Source: Podarcis vaucheri (lineage: Eukaryota). Taken from it: 64,000 bases of DNA. A model generated the notes under the pieces. The model worked only from the letters and a program-made list of their open reading frames with translations, did no database searches and was not told where the DNA came from. Position 1 is the stretch's first letter. Every line of letters starts with the position of its first letter. Positions 13,163 through 26,580 of the stretch are shown one piece after another. The stretch is taken from the NCBI GenBank assembly GCA_965113315.1, contig OZ220368.1; one strand, given 5' to 3'. The position numbers and the translations under genes are program-made.

Positions 13163-13400
13163 AGGTCTCATCGTCACTTTACGTTTAAAGCAGTATCATG
13201 GCACAGAGCTTCCCCCAAAGAATCGTGGGAGATGAAGTTTGTTAAGGGTGAAAAGAGTTGTTAGGAGACCCCTATTCCCCTCACAGGGGTACAGTTGTTT
13301 GTAGTTTAACAATTAGTGGTTTAACAATCAGTCCCTTTCCCCAAAGACCTCTGAGAATTGTAGTTGTGTAAGGGGAAACTTGTATTCTCCAATTGTTCTC
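13163..13400. mobile_element. Palindromic non-autonomous DNA element (PIF/Harbinger-like), degraded
   Basis: Shares gcttcccccaaa / ttaagggtg / gagttgttaggagac / gaattgtag blocks with the split element at 25965-27383. Confidence 0.55.
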
Positions 13401-13871
13401 AATGGGATGGAAACTGCTATGCATCTACAGTTGGGTCAGACATATTTCCATTCACTGCTGAAATCCTCTCTCCTTTCCATGGTTCTCATCACCTCCTCCA
13501 GCCCTGCACTGCTATGACAATTGACATCCCCCTCTTCCAATGCATTTCGCTAACTGCTCCCCACCAATTTACAACACTGGATTGTAACACACTACCTCCC
13601 CCTTGTCTTTGACACCAGGTTAGTTTGCAAGGATGGCTACACTTCTGTCCCCTGCACTATGAGTATAACAACGATGAACTTTAGCTGTATTGTCATTAGC
13701 AGCCTCATTTTTAAAACCGAAGATAATCACTTTTTCTGCTATGAAATAAAGCTTAAGATAAAAAGATCGTGAGCGCATGTCTTTGCAGTGACACACTACT
13801 CTCAAATTACAGCAATGCTAACATTTTGGATACCTGAAACAAAGACTAGTGCCTGCACATTTTGCCTCTTA

Positions 13872-14113
13872 CAGTGGTACCTTAGGTTAAGAACGTAATT
13901 TGTTCTGGAGGTCTGTTCTTAACCTGAAACTCATCTTAACCTGAGGTACCACTTTAGCTAATGGGGCCTCCCACTGCTGCTGCGGTGCCGGAGCACGATT
14001 TCTGTTCTCATCCTGAAGCAAAATTCTTAACCAGAGGTACTATTTCTGGGTTAGTGGAGTCTGTAACCTAAAGCGTCTGTAACCTGAAGTGTATGTAACC
14101 CGAGGTACCACTG
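13872..14113. mobile_element. Tc1/mariner MITE, 242 bp
   Basis: TIRs CAGTGGTACCTTAGGTTA / TAACCCGAGGTACCACTG, TA TSD. Confidence 0.9.
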
Positions 14114-14977
14114 TATCTCAGGTTCTACAGATGCCAGAAACTTACTTTTTTTTTTTTAGAAAAAGAAGAAAGCTGAGGATCTGGGGGAGGTGATCTATCC
14201 AGGGAGACAACTGCTCCCTTGCCCCACTCTGCAGACTCTCATGTATGCATGTACACATATACATTAGAATATGCACATTTTATGCAGATCTGTATTATCT
14301 TTTCTGTGATGCATTTCCTTTTTCTTGATAGTGCAGAAGTGACCATTCTAATTTACATCATCTGACATCACTCCTAACCTCTACATATTGTGTGTCCTGT
14401 TGGTACAGGGGCATATGTACCTGAAGAGTGTGAGTTTCTCCCATACCTTCTTTTTACATGATATGGCTTCCGCATAGACAGTGTTTCCCTAAGTAATAAC
14501 ATCTGAAACAACCAGTTAGCCATTCGTGTTTATGAACATTTTGCTTCCTAAGAAGCCTGCCCTACTGTGGATGTGCTTGAGTACTTACCTTACTACCCCC
14601 CCAATTCCGCCCCCCCCGTCCTTCATTAAGGCTATTGTTCCTGATATGCTGATTTTATAAGAAAATGGGAAGAAAGGGTGTCTCATTTGCAGAACAGCCT
14701 ATCACACTCATAATATGAATTAATTATTAAGTACAATATCACAATGTTAAGAAAAGTACTGTTATTTGAAAAATCTAGCAGAAAAAACCTTACAGATCAT
14801 TTAAAATCATAGGCGTTATGTAATTTCAGATGGATTAAAAGAAAAACACTACCTTCTCTTTATTTGCATTGTGAGTTTAGCTTCATTACCATGAGGGCTA
14901 GGAACATTTTTTAAAAAGCGCTGATAAACACAGGATTCTATTGTGAGCTATTACTCATGTTTGGAAGCTTAGGACCA

Positions 14978-15537
14978 AGGGAAGTAATAGTGCCACTGTA
15001 TTCTGCTCTGGTCAGACCACACCTGGAGTACTGTGTCCAGTTCTGGGCACCACAATTCAAGAAGGACACTGACAAACTGGAACGTGTCCAGAGGAGGGCA
15101 ACCAAAATGGTCAAAGGCCTGGAAACGATGCCTTATGAGGAACGGCTAAGGGAGTTGGGCATGTTTAGCCTGGAGAAGAGGAGGTTAAGGGGTGATATGA
15201 TAGCCATGTTCAAATATATAAAAGGATGTCACATGGAGGAGGGAGAAAGGTTGTTTTCTGCTGCTCCAGAGAAGCGGACACGGAGCAATGGATCCAAACT
15301 ACAAGAAAGAAGATTCCACCTAAACATTAGGAAGAACTTCCTGACAGTGAGAGCTGTTTGACAGTGGAATTTGCTGCCAAGGAGTGTGGTGGAGTCTCCT
15401 ACTTTGGAGGTCTTTAAGCAGAGGCTTGACAACCATATGTCAGGAGTGCTCTGATGGTGTTTCCTGCTTGGCAGGGGGTTGGACTCGATGGCCCTTGTGG
15501 TCTCTTCCAACTCTATGATTCTATGATTCTATGATTC
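14978..15537 (+). mobile_element. Young 5'-truncated CR1 LINE (ORF2 C-terminus plus 3' UTR)
   Basis: [24 protein letters not shown]...[10 protein letters not shown]...[11 protein letters not shown]1 motif, (ATTCTATG)n tail, 8-bp flanking repeat TAGGACCA (14970-14977 / 15538-15545). Confidence 0.95.
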
Positions 15538-17030
15538 TAGGACCAGGAATGTTAAAAAGGACAGAGAGAACTGACAGTCACGGGTTTTTATATGATGACA
15601 AGGCCTGTGCTTTCCTTGTTCCTAGTTCCTGGCTTGGCTTTGATATCTCCTTCTGGTGTATTTATGGCTTTGACTGTAATTCAGACCTTGATTTCCAGTA
15701 AGCAACTGATCTGATTCTGCCGGGCAATTCTTGCATTGCTATGAGAAAAGAGCAATGTAATTGGTAACCTATGTCATGTGCTTTTTATGTACATATAAAA
15801 ATGTCATTGCTCGTAATGCTCTGTGAAGCTCTATCCAAACAAGCAAAAAAAGTACACACCCACACACCCACACCTGGCCAATCTTCTTAGTCTGAAGGCT
15901 CTTAAGACAGATGGAGTGAACTTGGTTGAAATGAGAGACCTTGAGTCACAGCTATAAATGGATTTTTTTTCCTGGCGAGGAAGTAGGTCAGAAAGCTAAA
16001 TCTACTGGTCATAAACTGATGAGGAGCTGCTAATCAAGTACCTTGTACTTCCATTCATTAAGCACAAGAGAATGAGATATGAATGCATAACGAAGGGACT
16101 GAAAAATGCGTATTGTAGACTCCTACTCCAAGCAAGAATATTTAAGTATATGACAATTAATTCAAAGGTGAATTTGTAGGCCTAGCAGTATAGCTTTAGT
16201 TAAGATACCTGGCTATAATATGTACGTCTGATCATAAACCACCTGAAACTTTACAGCAAAAGCACAGAGGGAATGCCTGTGTCAGCTTTGCTGATCTATT
16301 AACAAATGTTCCCCATGATAGCCCCTTCAGCTGTTTGATGTCAAGCTGTAAAATTTCATATCTTCCATAAATTGTGACTCATTCGTTATTGCAACTTTTC
16401 AAGCCACTGCTTCTCTTGCTGCTGACCTTGTGGAGAAGCGCTCTCTATCTCCCTCTGGAAAGTCAACTTTCACTGCAACCAGAATGGTTTGGTCCCAGAA
16501 AGTAATGGGGTCAGACCAAGTTGGGAGTCATTCTTATTTTTCTTTCTTGGTTGCAAACTGTCCAGCTCTCCTGGCACAGATTTAGTACACAGACCCTTTC
16601 ACAATCTGTAACAGAACTGCTCATTTGTCAAGCGAATGAGCTCACCAGAGATACCACTGCTCCTGAAGAATAATAACACCCCAAACACAGACCTGCCCAC
16701 TTTCATCCTTAAGTGAAACATCCTTTTCAGAGAGGTTCCTCTGGGGTCATCTTTGAACAGCCTGCTGGATCAGGCCAGTACAAATGCATATATCAGTGAA
16801 AATGACGTACAGAAATGCATAAGTGTGTATGTTAGGCAAAATTCCATGTAAAAATGTGCATATTAGGAGAAATGTGCGCTAAAATGCTGGTGAATTTTCA
16901 TGAGGATTTCTTTAAAAGGAAAATGCAAATGCAGAAAATTAAACTTTAGATTGGAAAAAGAAAATGTTCAGGGAAACCAAAACTGACATGTTTAAACATT
17001 CCTAGTTATGGGACAGCCATATACATTCTG

Positions 17031-17033
17031 AAA

Positions 17034-17072
<39 letters not shown>

Positions 17073-17073
17073 A
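17031..17073. repeat. (AAAT)n microsatellite
   Basis: Direct reading. Confidence 0.95.
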
Positions 17074-20000
17074 TGCTTATCCCCAGGAATCAGGACCCCC
17101 ATGTATTCTGCTTGACTGTTGGTTCTGAACCCCCCAAATGCTTCTTCCCTCAACCTTCCTCCATACACTTCTGCTTGAGTTCTAAAGAGCCAACATGATG
17201 TGTGTGGGTGCCTTGGCCCCCTGATTGTGAATATCAAAGCCATATATTTAACAAGGCAGATCTACAGATTCAGGCTTACAGAATTTGAAAAAGGAGAAAC
17301 AAGACAGGTTTCTAGGAATGTAAAAATAATTATCTTCCATCCTGCAAGGTAAAAGAATCAGTGACCTGCTCTTTTCTCTTCCTCAGCAGGTAGAAAGAAT
17401 AATGAATTGACCTTTGGATATTGGCTTTTTAAGAAATTATTGTTATTAATAACAATCCTGCAGCTGATATGCCATTTATTTTATCTGCTCTAGTTCCACA
17501 GGGGTGTTTTGTTTTTTTGTGTGTATGTTTTTAATAGGGTAAGCTATTCTTAAAATTGATTATGAGCTGGAAACCAGGCAGTGTTTTGGAAGAGGCTTTC
17601 ATTGTACTGTTTGCTCATGCCTGGTGTGCATAAAAGTGGTGCTTCATAATCCAAGTTAAAATAAAGGACCAGCATTTGGATACGGTTGTGTATAAATCTA
17701 AAGTGAAGGATATTACTACCCAGGTCAGCAATATGCTTTACTAGATGGCCATTATGAAGGAATGAGAGTTGAGCACAGGAGTAGATCTAGTTTCCTCTTA
17801 TGTTCTTCATAGTGAATTGTTGACAATTCCTATCATCACTTGTGTAAAGGGTATATCTTTATACCCCTTCCCCTGTTCTAACTCCCTCACAGGGTTCTCA
17901 ACCATAGGCCTCATGGAACAGTTCAGGGACTAGGCTCAGGCAATGACTTACTGCAGGGCTGGGGCATCTCAGACCTGGGGGCTTCTCCATCTTGCCCCCA
18001 GAACTCTCTCCCAGCCACACTCCTCATTAGCTTTGGTTCCCTGCCTCCACTTCTTGGAGTGCGTTTGTTGGGCTGGAATGTCTCCTTGAACTGAAGGGAG
18101 CATGAGATGGGTAGTAGGTGAGGTGATATAGAGATATATTGAAAAATGTAGATATAGAGATATATCCTGATAGCAATTGAGCTGGGTATCAAACAAAATC
18201 TAGCCTTGGATAGGGTCTCTGAACATACTTGAATCTGTAAGCCTGCAACTTTTAAACAGTACCTTGCTCCACTGAGAAATATTCTTTCGCCTCAGCCCCC
18301 CTCTATTTGGGACTCATCAAGGCTATGAGAATTCTGGTGCACATTGTATTGCAAATGCAAAGAAGCACACTGTTGCTTCTGCCAGCTCTGTTGGCAGCAT
18401 TTTACTATAATGCTGGCCAATAGGGCATTAAAAGCTTCAGTTTGTTCTTAAAAGTCTGGAAAAGCTAGAGAAACTATTGATTTAAGCATTATTCAGAAAA
18501 GAGGGAGAAAAGGAATTTAACTCCAGTGTATAATCAATGTAAGAAATGCTGAGTTGAGCCTTCCACAGGATAACTCCAGTCATAACCTCTCCACACTCTT
18601 CTTATTCGTAATGTTTATTCATGACTCCCTCTCCACCTCTGAGAGCACTTTGCTCTTTTCAGCAATAGCACGGCAAATATACCTCGTGAGGAAAGAACAA
18701 TGTTCGGTTCTGCTACATGCCTTGACACCCAGCCAAGCTGTCACCTGAAGTTCCCATTTCCTCATCTTTGGTTTGGTGGTGATATATGAAGCAGAAATGG
18801 GTTTATCGGATTTCTTTCTCCAAGGGCAGGTGGGGCACCCCGTGTTAATGGGAAGAGAGATCTTGCTCTACTTTTTTTGGGGGGGGATCAAATTGAATTG
18901 AAAATTCATAGGAGAAAATGAACGTTGCGCATCTGCAGTGTCAGGCTGGCCTTCACCCCTCTAAGCTGATTCAAACATAAAAGGTCGGGGTGTGGTGGGG
19001 GCGGGAAGGAACATGGGTAGTCACTGCTCCCAGACTGAAATGGTAATGACAATCTGAGCCAAAGTATTTCTACTGAGCGGAATTAATTCCAAGTGATATT
19101 TCACTGGGCCAGTGAATCTTGAGTCTTTGAGCAGGATTTCTGTCATGACTACAGTATATCGCTGGATCAGGTCACGCCCATGAGGATACAAAATTGGAGC
19201 ATTCAGGCCAAAATGCTGTTGGGAATAATATTAGAATATAAGAATTTAAAGCCATCATCCAAATGTGAAGGACATTACAAAGCAAAGGCTTTGCTTCTTG
19301 TGGGCTCTTTGAGAGGAGGAAATGGCTTGCTAGTTCTGAGTATATTTCTTGAAAAGGGGGTTAAATCCCACATAGATGAGGCTTTCAACATCCTCCTAGC
19401 TTCATGAAATGAGGCACTGGAGTTGCCACCTGTACAGCTCAATCTTTTGCAGAGGTCCAATTGCATTCCCATGAGGGGTTGTCAGTAAAGAAAAGCCCTC
19501 CCACCTTGTCATGCTTGCAGAGTATATTTGTGGTTTCCTGTAGCCCTCCATCACCTTCTTGGTTTTGCCAAGAACTAGGGATAGAGTGCCTAGCAGCATT
19601 GAATGTCGCAGACTGAAGCTGAGCCTTCTTCTCAACTGCAAGATCTGACTCAGAATAGCAGCTCTCGTGTCATGCTGAGCACGAATGATTCAGGTCTACA
19701 AAATGGATGGCAAACCACTGGATCTACCTTGCAAGATCAGATTTGTAGACTTGGCAGAAGCAGCATTATGTTATGCATCACCCCCCTGCCCCGCTTCAGG
19801 CAGCAAATCTTTCTCAAGGTTAACACGTGATGTTGTGTTTTTCAAGGACTGCTGTTTCCTTGGTAATTGAAGCTTTTCACCCTGAAACTGGCAGCAAACT
19901 CTGCCTAGGTCAATATTTAATTTGATTTAAATTCCACTGCAAGCTCTAGACGTTAAATCCATTTATAAGAATTAAGCCTTGCATTGGTGCAAGGTGCTAT

Positions 20001-21261
20001 CCACCTGCTGGTTCTTTTTGGTCTCCATACAATGCATCTGTTGCATGCTTATTAAATAGTAATGAGGTACTTTGCTTTAATCTTTTACTCTTTTTTGGCT
20101 TTCAATTAACCACAGACGTACACTGTTTCCAAGTACACAGGTGAAAGATGCCGGTGAAAAGAAAATCTGTAGTGCCAATTATAAGGGCCCAAAGGTGCTT
20201 TCTATAGCACCTCATAATTACTATTGTATGCATGGAGAAGAAATTATTTTACAAGCATTCCCTAATTTGTTTACAATTTAACATTAATAGTGTTCTTGGA
20301 GGAGAGAACTCACCATTTTGCTATATGAAACATCCACTGTACTTGTTCCAATTAAACATAAAAATGAAACAACTGGAAGGGCTCCACGCTCCCATAAAAA
20401 ACCTGCTCATTAATTAGGGTTTTCAGCAGAGGCTGTGCTCTGGATATTGCTAACTTTAGAGGGGTGGTAGTTAGATTACTGCAATGTGCTCTGTGTGGGG
20501 CTGCCCTTTAAGGTTGGCTCTGGCTGCAGAATGGCAGACATTAACCTTGCTATTGTGTTAGTAATTCTCACAGGCTCTTGATAAATACTACTATTTTTTG
20601 CTGTTTCTAGTTGTATTTCTCCTTTAAGTTCTGCTTTTAGCTGCTATTTTTACTGCCGGTATTTTTAACCGCATTTTGATGTTAATTGGTGTGTTTTAAT
20701 GTTTCAAAATACTGTATTGCCTTGTGAGTTGCCTTGGAGAGGGAAATGGGAAGGCAGTTTAGAAATCTTTCAAATCAGAGAGGGCTAACGCTAGCCAAAA
20801 TACTACCCTAGCTTTGGACAAAAAAAATACCGGTAATCAAGCCAATTATAAATGATAATAAAACTGCAACAATAAATAAAATGTTGGAGGCTAGTCTAAA
20901 GACAAAGTGTGCGATGGTTTGGGGGACGCTTCATAGAAAGTTATAAAAAGGTCATGAGCAATGCGGAAACTATTGGTGAGAAGCTCTGCAGTGCTGATCA
21001 TACCATGCCTACAGTAAAGACTGCAGCTAGATTAAAAAAAACATGTAAGACACCATTATGCCATCAATATGCTCTTCTCCCCCGGAAGAATCACAGCAGC
21101 TTGCGACATCTTGCATCCCACAACCATATGGAGCAACCAAAAGGCAAACCTTGTAGCTTTGCAATCAAGACTTCTTTTTTGTATCAAGTTCATCCACTGG
21201 GCACATGAAAGCTAGTGAAATCATGCAAGCCTGTGATTGTTAACTGAATGAATTAATGTGA

Positions 21262-21410
21262 ATAGAATCATAGAATTGTAGACTTGGATCGCCTGAGGAT
21301 CATCTAGTCCAACCCCCTGCAATATAGGAATATGCAGCTATCCCAAACGGGGATCGATCCTGCAACTTTGGCTTTATCAGCACCACACTCTAACCAACTG
21401 ATCGATCAGC
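21262..21410 (-). mobile_element. tRNA-Ile-derived SINE with CR1 3' tail
   Basis: Minus strand CAGTTGGTTAGAGTGTGGTGCTGATAAAGCCAAAGTTGCAGGATCGATCCCCGT (tRNA-Ile-like) plus GCAGGGGGTTGGACTAGATGATCCTC...CTATGATTCTA. Confidence 0.82.
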
Positions 21411-21553
21411 TGTTCCCTGACTATACAACTATAAATGGTCAAAAGACACTCAAGCAGTAAAAGTAACTGCGTCATATTCTCTCAGGGCAACAAAGAGTCA
21501 CTGCGACGAATAGATTCATGTGCCTGCCACCCCTGTAAGATAGTGGATTAGTG

Positions 21554-21688
21554 CAGGCATAGGCAAACTCGGCCCTCCAGTTTTTTGGGACTACAACTCC
21601 CATCATCCGTGACCACTAGTCCTGTTAGTTAGAGATGATGGGAGTTGTAGTCCCAAAACATCTGGAGGGCCGAGCTTGCCTATGCCTG
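21554..21688. mobile_element. hAT MITE, 135 bp
   Basis: Long TIRs CAGGCATAGGCAAACTCGGCCCTCCAG, 8-bp TSD GATTAGTG (21546-21553 / 21689-21696). Degraded relatives at about 31975-32090, 34225-34350, 40571-40925, 49675-49806 and 60620-60750. Confidence 0.9.
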
Positions 21689-21699
21689 GATTAGTGACT

Positions 21700-24028
21700 T
21701 TGTTGTTGTTTAGTCGTTTAGTCATGTCCGACTCTTCGTGACCCCATGGACCAGAGTACGCCAGGCACTCCTATCTTCCACTACCTCCCGCAGTTTGGTC
21801 AGACTCATGTTTGTAGCTTCGAGAACACTGTCCAACCATTTCGTCCTCTATCGTCCCCTTCTCCTTGTGCCCTCAATCTTTCCCAGCATCAGGGTCTTTT
21901 CTTTTTTTATATATATATAGTTTTTTTATTTGCTTTTTTTCCAAGGTCAAAATACATCGTCCTTAACACAACAAAAGCAGTTTTACAGAAAAAAGAAGAG
22001 ATTATAAAAGAAGAAAAAAAAAATTCACTTTTCCAGATCTATTTTCATAGTCAACTGGACTTCCCCACATCTTCCATCCCCTGCTTCCTTTACAATAAAA
22101 ATAAACAGCAAATTGATACCTTATTTTATGTGTTTTTGTGCTTTCATTTAATTATATAGTCTGTAATTTATATTTTTCAAAGTCCTAACTTAATTTCCAC
22201 CATTTACAAATCTCAATACTGAAGCATGTTTTTCCCGAAAACTTGGCAGATTCTCAACATTCATATAACTTATAATGTTTTTGTAGATAGTCCTTAAATT
22301 TTTTCCAGTCCTCTTCCACCGCCTCTTCTCCCAGATCTCGGATTCTGCCGGTCATTTCAGCTAGTTCCATGTAGTCCATCAGCTGTGAATGCCACTCTTC
22401 CAGCGTGGGTAGCTCCTGTGCTTTCCAATGTTTGGCTATAAGGATTCTTGCTGCTGTGGTTGCATATAAAAAGAAAACTCTATCTTTCTTTAACACTCTC
22501 TGGCCCACAATGCCCAGGAGGAAGGCCTCTGGTTTCTTGTAAAAGGTGTACTTAAACACCTTTTTCAACTCATTATAAATCATTTCCCAGAAAGCCTTCA
22601 CCCTCGGGCATGTCCACCAGAGGTGAAAAAAGGTACCTTCAGCCTCCTTACATTTCCAACATTTATTGTCAGACAGATGATATATCTTTGCAAGTTTAAC
22701 TGGGGTCATGTACCACCTGTATACCATTTTCATAATATTTTCTTTTAGGGCACAACATGCCGTAAATTTCATACCGGTGGTCCATAACCTTTCCCAGTCT
22801 TCAGACATAATGTTGTACCCAATGTCTTGTGCCCATTTTATCATAGCTGATTTAACTGTCTCATCTTGAGTATTCCATTTAAGCAACAAGTTATACATTC
22901 TTGAAAGCACTTTAGTCTTAGGTTCAAGTAATTCTGTCTCTAGTTTTGATTTTTCCACCTGGAAACCAATTTTCTTACCCTTTTTAAAAACCTCTAGAAT
23001 TTGGGCATAATGAAACCAGTCTCGCACCTTTCCCTTCAATTTTTCGAAACTCTGCAACCTCCAAGTATCACCAACTCTTTCTATTAACTCACAATATTTT
23101 GCCCAGCCACTCTCCATGTTACGTAGTTTAATGGCCTTGGCCTCCGTCGGTGATAGCCACAGCATCAGGGTCTTTTCCAGGGAGTCTTTTCTTCTCATGA
23201 TGTGGCCAAAGTATTGGAGCCTCAGCTTCACGATCTGTCCTTCCAGTGAGCACTCAGGGCTAATTTCCTTAAGAATGGATACGTTTGATCTTCTTGCAGT
23301 CCATGGGACTCTCAAGAGTTTCCTCCAGCACCATAATTCAAAAGCATCAATTCTTTGGCGATCAGCCTTCTTTATGGTCCAGCTCTCACTTCCATATATC
23401 ACTACTGGGAAAACCATGGCTTTAACTACACGGACCTTTGTTGGCAAGGTGATGTCTCTGTTTTTAATGATCCTGTCTAGGTTTGCCATCACCTTTCTCC
23501 CAAGGAGCAGGCGTCTTTTAATTTCGTGGCTGCTGTCACCATCTGCAGTGATCATGGAGCCCAAGAAAGTAAAACCTCTCACTGCCTCCATTTCTTCCCC
23601 TTCTATTTGCCAGGAGGTGATGGGACCAGTGGCCATGATCTTAGTTTTTTTTGATGTTGAGCTTCAGACCATATTTTGCGCTCTCCTCTTTCACCCTCAT
23701 TAAAAGGTTCTTTAATTCCTCCTCACTTTCTGCCATCAAGGTTGTGTCATCTGCATATCTGAGGTTGTTGATATTTCTTCCGGCGATCTTAATTCTGGCT
23801 TGGGATTCATCCAGCTCAGCCTTTCACATGATGAATTCTGCATATAAGTTAAATAAGCAGGGGGACAATATACAGGCTTGCCGTATTCCTTTCCCAATTT
23901 TGAACCAATTAGTTGTTCCATATCCAGTTCTAACTGTAGCTTCTTGTCCCACATAGAGATTTCTCAGGAGACAGATGAGGTGATCAGGCACTCCCATTTC
24001 TTTAAGAACTTGCCATAATTTGCTGTGG
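21700..24028 (-). mobile_element. 5'-truncated BovB (RTE) LINE, split by an L1 insertion
   Basis: RTE ORF motifs (SSHEIKRRLLLGRK, IVKAMVFPVVxYGxESWT-like, RIDAFELWCWR), (CAA)n tail at about 21700-21710, TSD TGGATTAGTGACT (21687-21699 / 24029-24041). Confidence 0.95.
21902..23159 (-). mobile_element. 5'-truncated non-mammalian L1 (ORF2 C-terminus with CCHC zinc knuckle, 3' UTR, A-rich tail) nested in BovB
   Basis: RWYMTPVKLAKIY...CWKCKEAEGTFFHLWWTC motif; about 300 uninterrupted codons; 18-bp TSD CAGCATCAGGGTCTTTTC (21884-21901 / 23160-23177). Confidence 0.9.
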
Positions 24029-24313
24029 TGGATTAGTGACTATGATTGCCTTTATTTGCTATGGTATTTTAAATAGTCGCAATCTACACCAAGATAATTT
24101 GTGATGATGGTTAGGATACAAATTTTATAGACACACAAACAAATCCCAGTCAGTTTCCATTGGCTTGGGCAAGGCACTGTCTCGCAACCCATAGCTTCCT
24201 CCATGGAAGTCTGTCTCCTGAATCTTTTGACATTCCAGGGCTGAACTTTGGTAAAGAAAGTAGATTCTAAGACTCAGGTCTGAAGGTTCAGCCCTGATTA
24301 TAAGGATGGTATA

Positions 24314-25007
24314 CAGGGCCAGCCCAAACATTAGGTAGAGGTAGGAAGCTGCCGCAGGCTGTAGATTTGGTGTATCATGAAGAAGGAGGAAATTATTAGT
24401 TTTTTAGTATTTTTTGCCAGGGAGCGGAAGAAGCACTTGTGGGTTTTTCTGTCAGATGATATTGATTATGTAAGGGTATCAGGGGGATGCTCGAGAGCAA
24501 TCAGGCAAATGCCTCCCTGGTCTGTTGTGAAGCCTTGTTATTGGTGCCAAAAAAACCTTCACCATGCAGAGCGCCACTATTCCATGGCTCGCTCATTCAC
24601 TGGCAGAATCTGAGAGTGGGCGGTCATTAAACCTTCCCCAGCAGAGAAATTTCTTCATGCCCAGCCTGCGCTTCCCCTCTCTGTGCGGAAGCCTACTGTG
24701 CAAGGAGGGTGTGGGTAACAGAGGACCTCTCTCCTCCCCGCTTTGCTCAGGCAAGGTGTCCTGGCACCGCCTCACCTCCTCCGAACCCTGCAGCTCCTCC
24801 GCTGAGGTTACTTTCCTCCGCTGAGGAGGTGCTGCTTCCCACGATCTTTGGGGGCTCTCTGTAATCCATCCGGCTTTTTCCCTCTCGCCCCTGAGCCAAT
24901 GGCAGCTCCCTGACAGGTTAGTTGATGGTACTATGTACCTTGACTTGGGAAGGGGTTGCAGATGTCATTTCCTGCTCCACCTATCAAAATACCTTGGCTG
25001 AGTCCTG
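24314..25007. mobile_element. Possible non-autonomous Harbinger-like DNA element with GC-rich interior
   Basis: Begins CAGGGCCAGCCCAA and ends TTGGCTGAGTCCTG (imperfect TIR); GC/CpG-elevated interior with no convincing ORF. Confidence 0.3.
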
Positions 25008-25570
25008 CTAATGAGTTCTACACAATACTATAGAAATTATAAACAATAAATAAATGCATCCCATATACTTTATTATCTACTTTTTTGAGTGAGATGGATC
25101 AGTACGGTGGTTAATGCATATATCATCATCATCACCATAAATATTAGTCTTCCTATACTGTATCTCTTTCTCTGCATATACCTATATATACCTATATATG
25201 AATACTTTATGAAAAGGAAACCAGTATCAATGCATTATTTAAACTATAAACAAAGTGAAAGGAAAGAACCACGTCCCTTTTGATAAACAGGGCTATTTAT
25301 CTTCTGGCAGTGCATTCTGGAAGATTTGTTTTGTTTTTTAAGTGACTCAATCTGCTATTCACTCCGGCAGAGTCATCATGTTGGATCGAGCTGAAAAGTC
25401 TCTTAAAATAGCTTCCAGTAGATTCCATTTCTTTGAAAACCATGAAGTGATATGTAGAAGGAATCACAGCTGGAAATTGAAAGGGGGATGTTGATCAGTT
25501 AATCTCTTCATCTAAAATGAAGGTTAAAGACACCGTAACCTCTGTCTTAAATTCTTAATTATGGTGTCAG

Positions 25571-25606
25571 CTCCAAGCAGAAGCTGTTCTTATTTTACCT
25601 CCACTG
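25571..25606 (+). CDS. Candidate 36-nt exon (frame undetermined)
   Basis: Consensus donor CTG|gtgagt, modest acceptor gtgtcag; all three frames open. Confidence 0.2.
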
Positions 25607-26161
25607 GTGAGTTTTTCCCCCATTTTCATTCCCCCCCCTTTTAAAAGCAGCTTCTGGTGTCCTTGCTGAGCCATGTCACAGTTAAATGACACACATGCTG
25701 TGTATTTTAATGAGCTGCTAACACTGATTATATGAAAAGCAAGCCCTGAGACATGTTCAGAGTCCAAAATGCTCCTGTGAGGAATAAATTAGCCTCTTTA
25801 AAAAGCCCTTGGCTCCGAGGAAGGCTTTAGTCCTTCTTGAAAGACTTGGTTAGAAACTGCAGAGCATTCAAAAGACAGGTGGGAGGCTGCTAACAAAGAA
25901 GCTGGGGTGACGGGGTGGCAGCTGTGCCTCATGCTGGCCCTTGCCCAAATGTGATGGAGCCAACGGCTACGTTCACGGCATACACTTAAAGCACGGTGAT
26001 ACCGCTTTAAATGACATTGGCTTCCCCCAAATAATTCTAAGATCGCTAGTGTGTTAAGGGTGCTGGGAGTTGTTAGGAGACTCCTATTCCCTCTGCTGAG
26101 CTATCTTTTCCCCAGGGTTCCTTGTGAAGAGGGGCTTATTGTTAAGCCTCTCCCCACATGA

Positions 26162-26580
26162 GGAAACGATGCCTTATGAGGAACGGCTAAGGGAGCTGGG
26201 CATGTTTAGCCTGGAGAAGAGGAGGTTAAGGGGTGATATGATAGCCATGTTCAAATATATAAAAGGATGTCACATGGAGGAGGGAGAAAGGTTGTTTTCT
26301 GCTGCTCCAGAGAAGCGGACACGGAGCAATGGATCCAAACTACAAGAAAGAAGATTCCACCTAAACATTAGGAAGAACTTCCTGACAGTAAGAGCTGTTC
26401 GACAGTGGAATTTGCTGCCAAGGAGTGTGGTGGAGTCTCCTACTTTGGAGGTCTTTAAGCAGAGGCTTGACAACCATATGTCAGGAGTGCTCTGATGGTG
26501 CTTGGCAGGGGGTTGGACTCGATGGCCCTTGTGGTCTCTTCCAACTCTATGATTCTATGATTCTATGATTCTATGATTCT
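26162..26580 (+). mobile_element. Young 5'-truncated CR1 LINE
   Basis: Near-identical to 15121-15537; ORF open to the native stop; (ATTCTATG)n tail; ATGA on both sides. Confidence 0.95.

Noticed and set aside
22254-23636. 460-aa ORF as a host gene
   Set aside because: Fully explained by BovB plus L1 sequence with TSDs
23116-23703. 195-aa + strand ORF
   Set aside because: Antisense shadow of the BovB ORF
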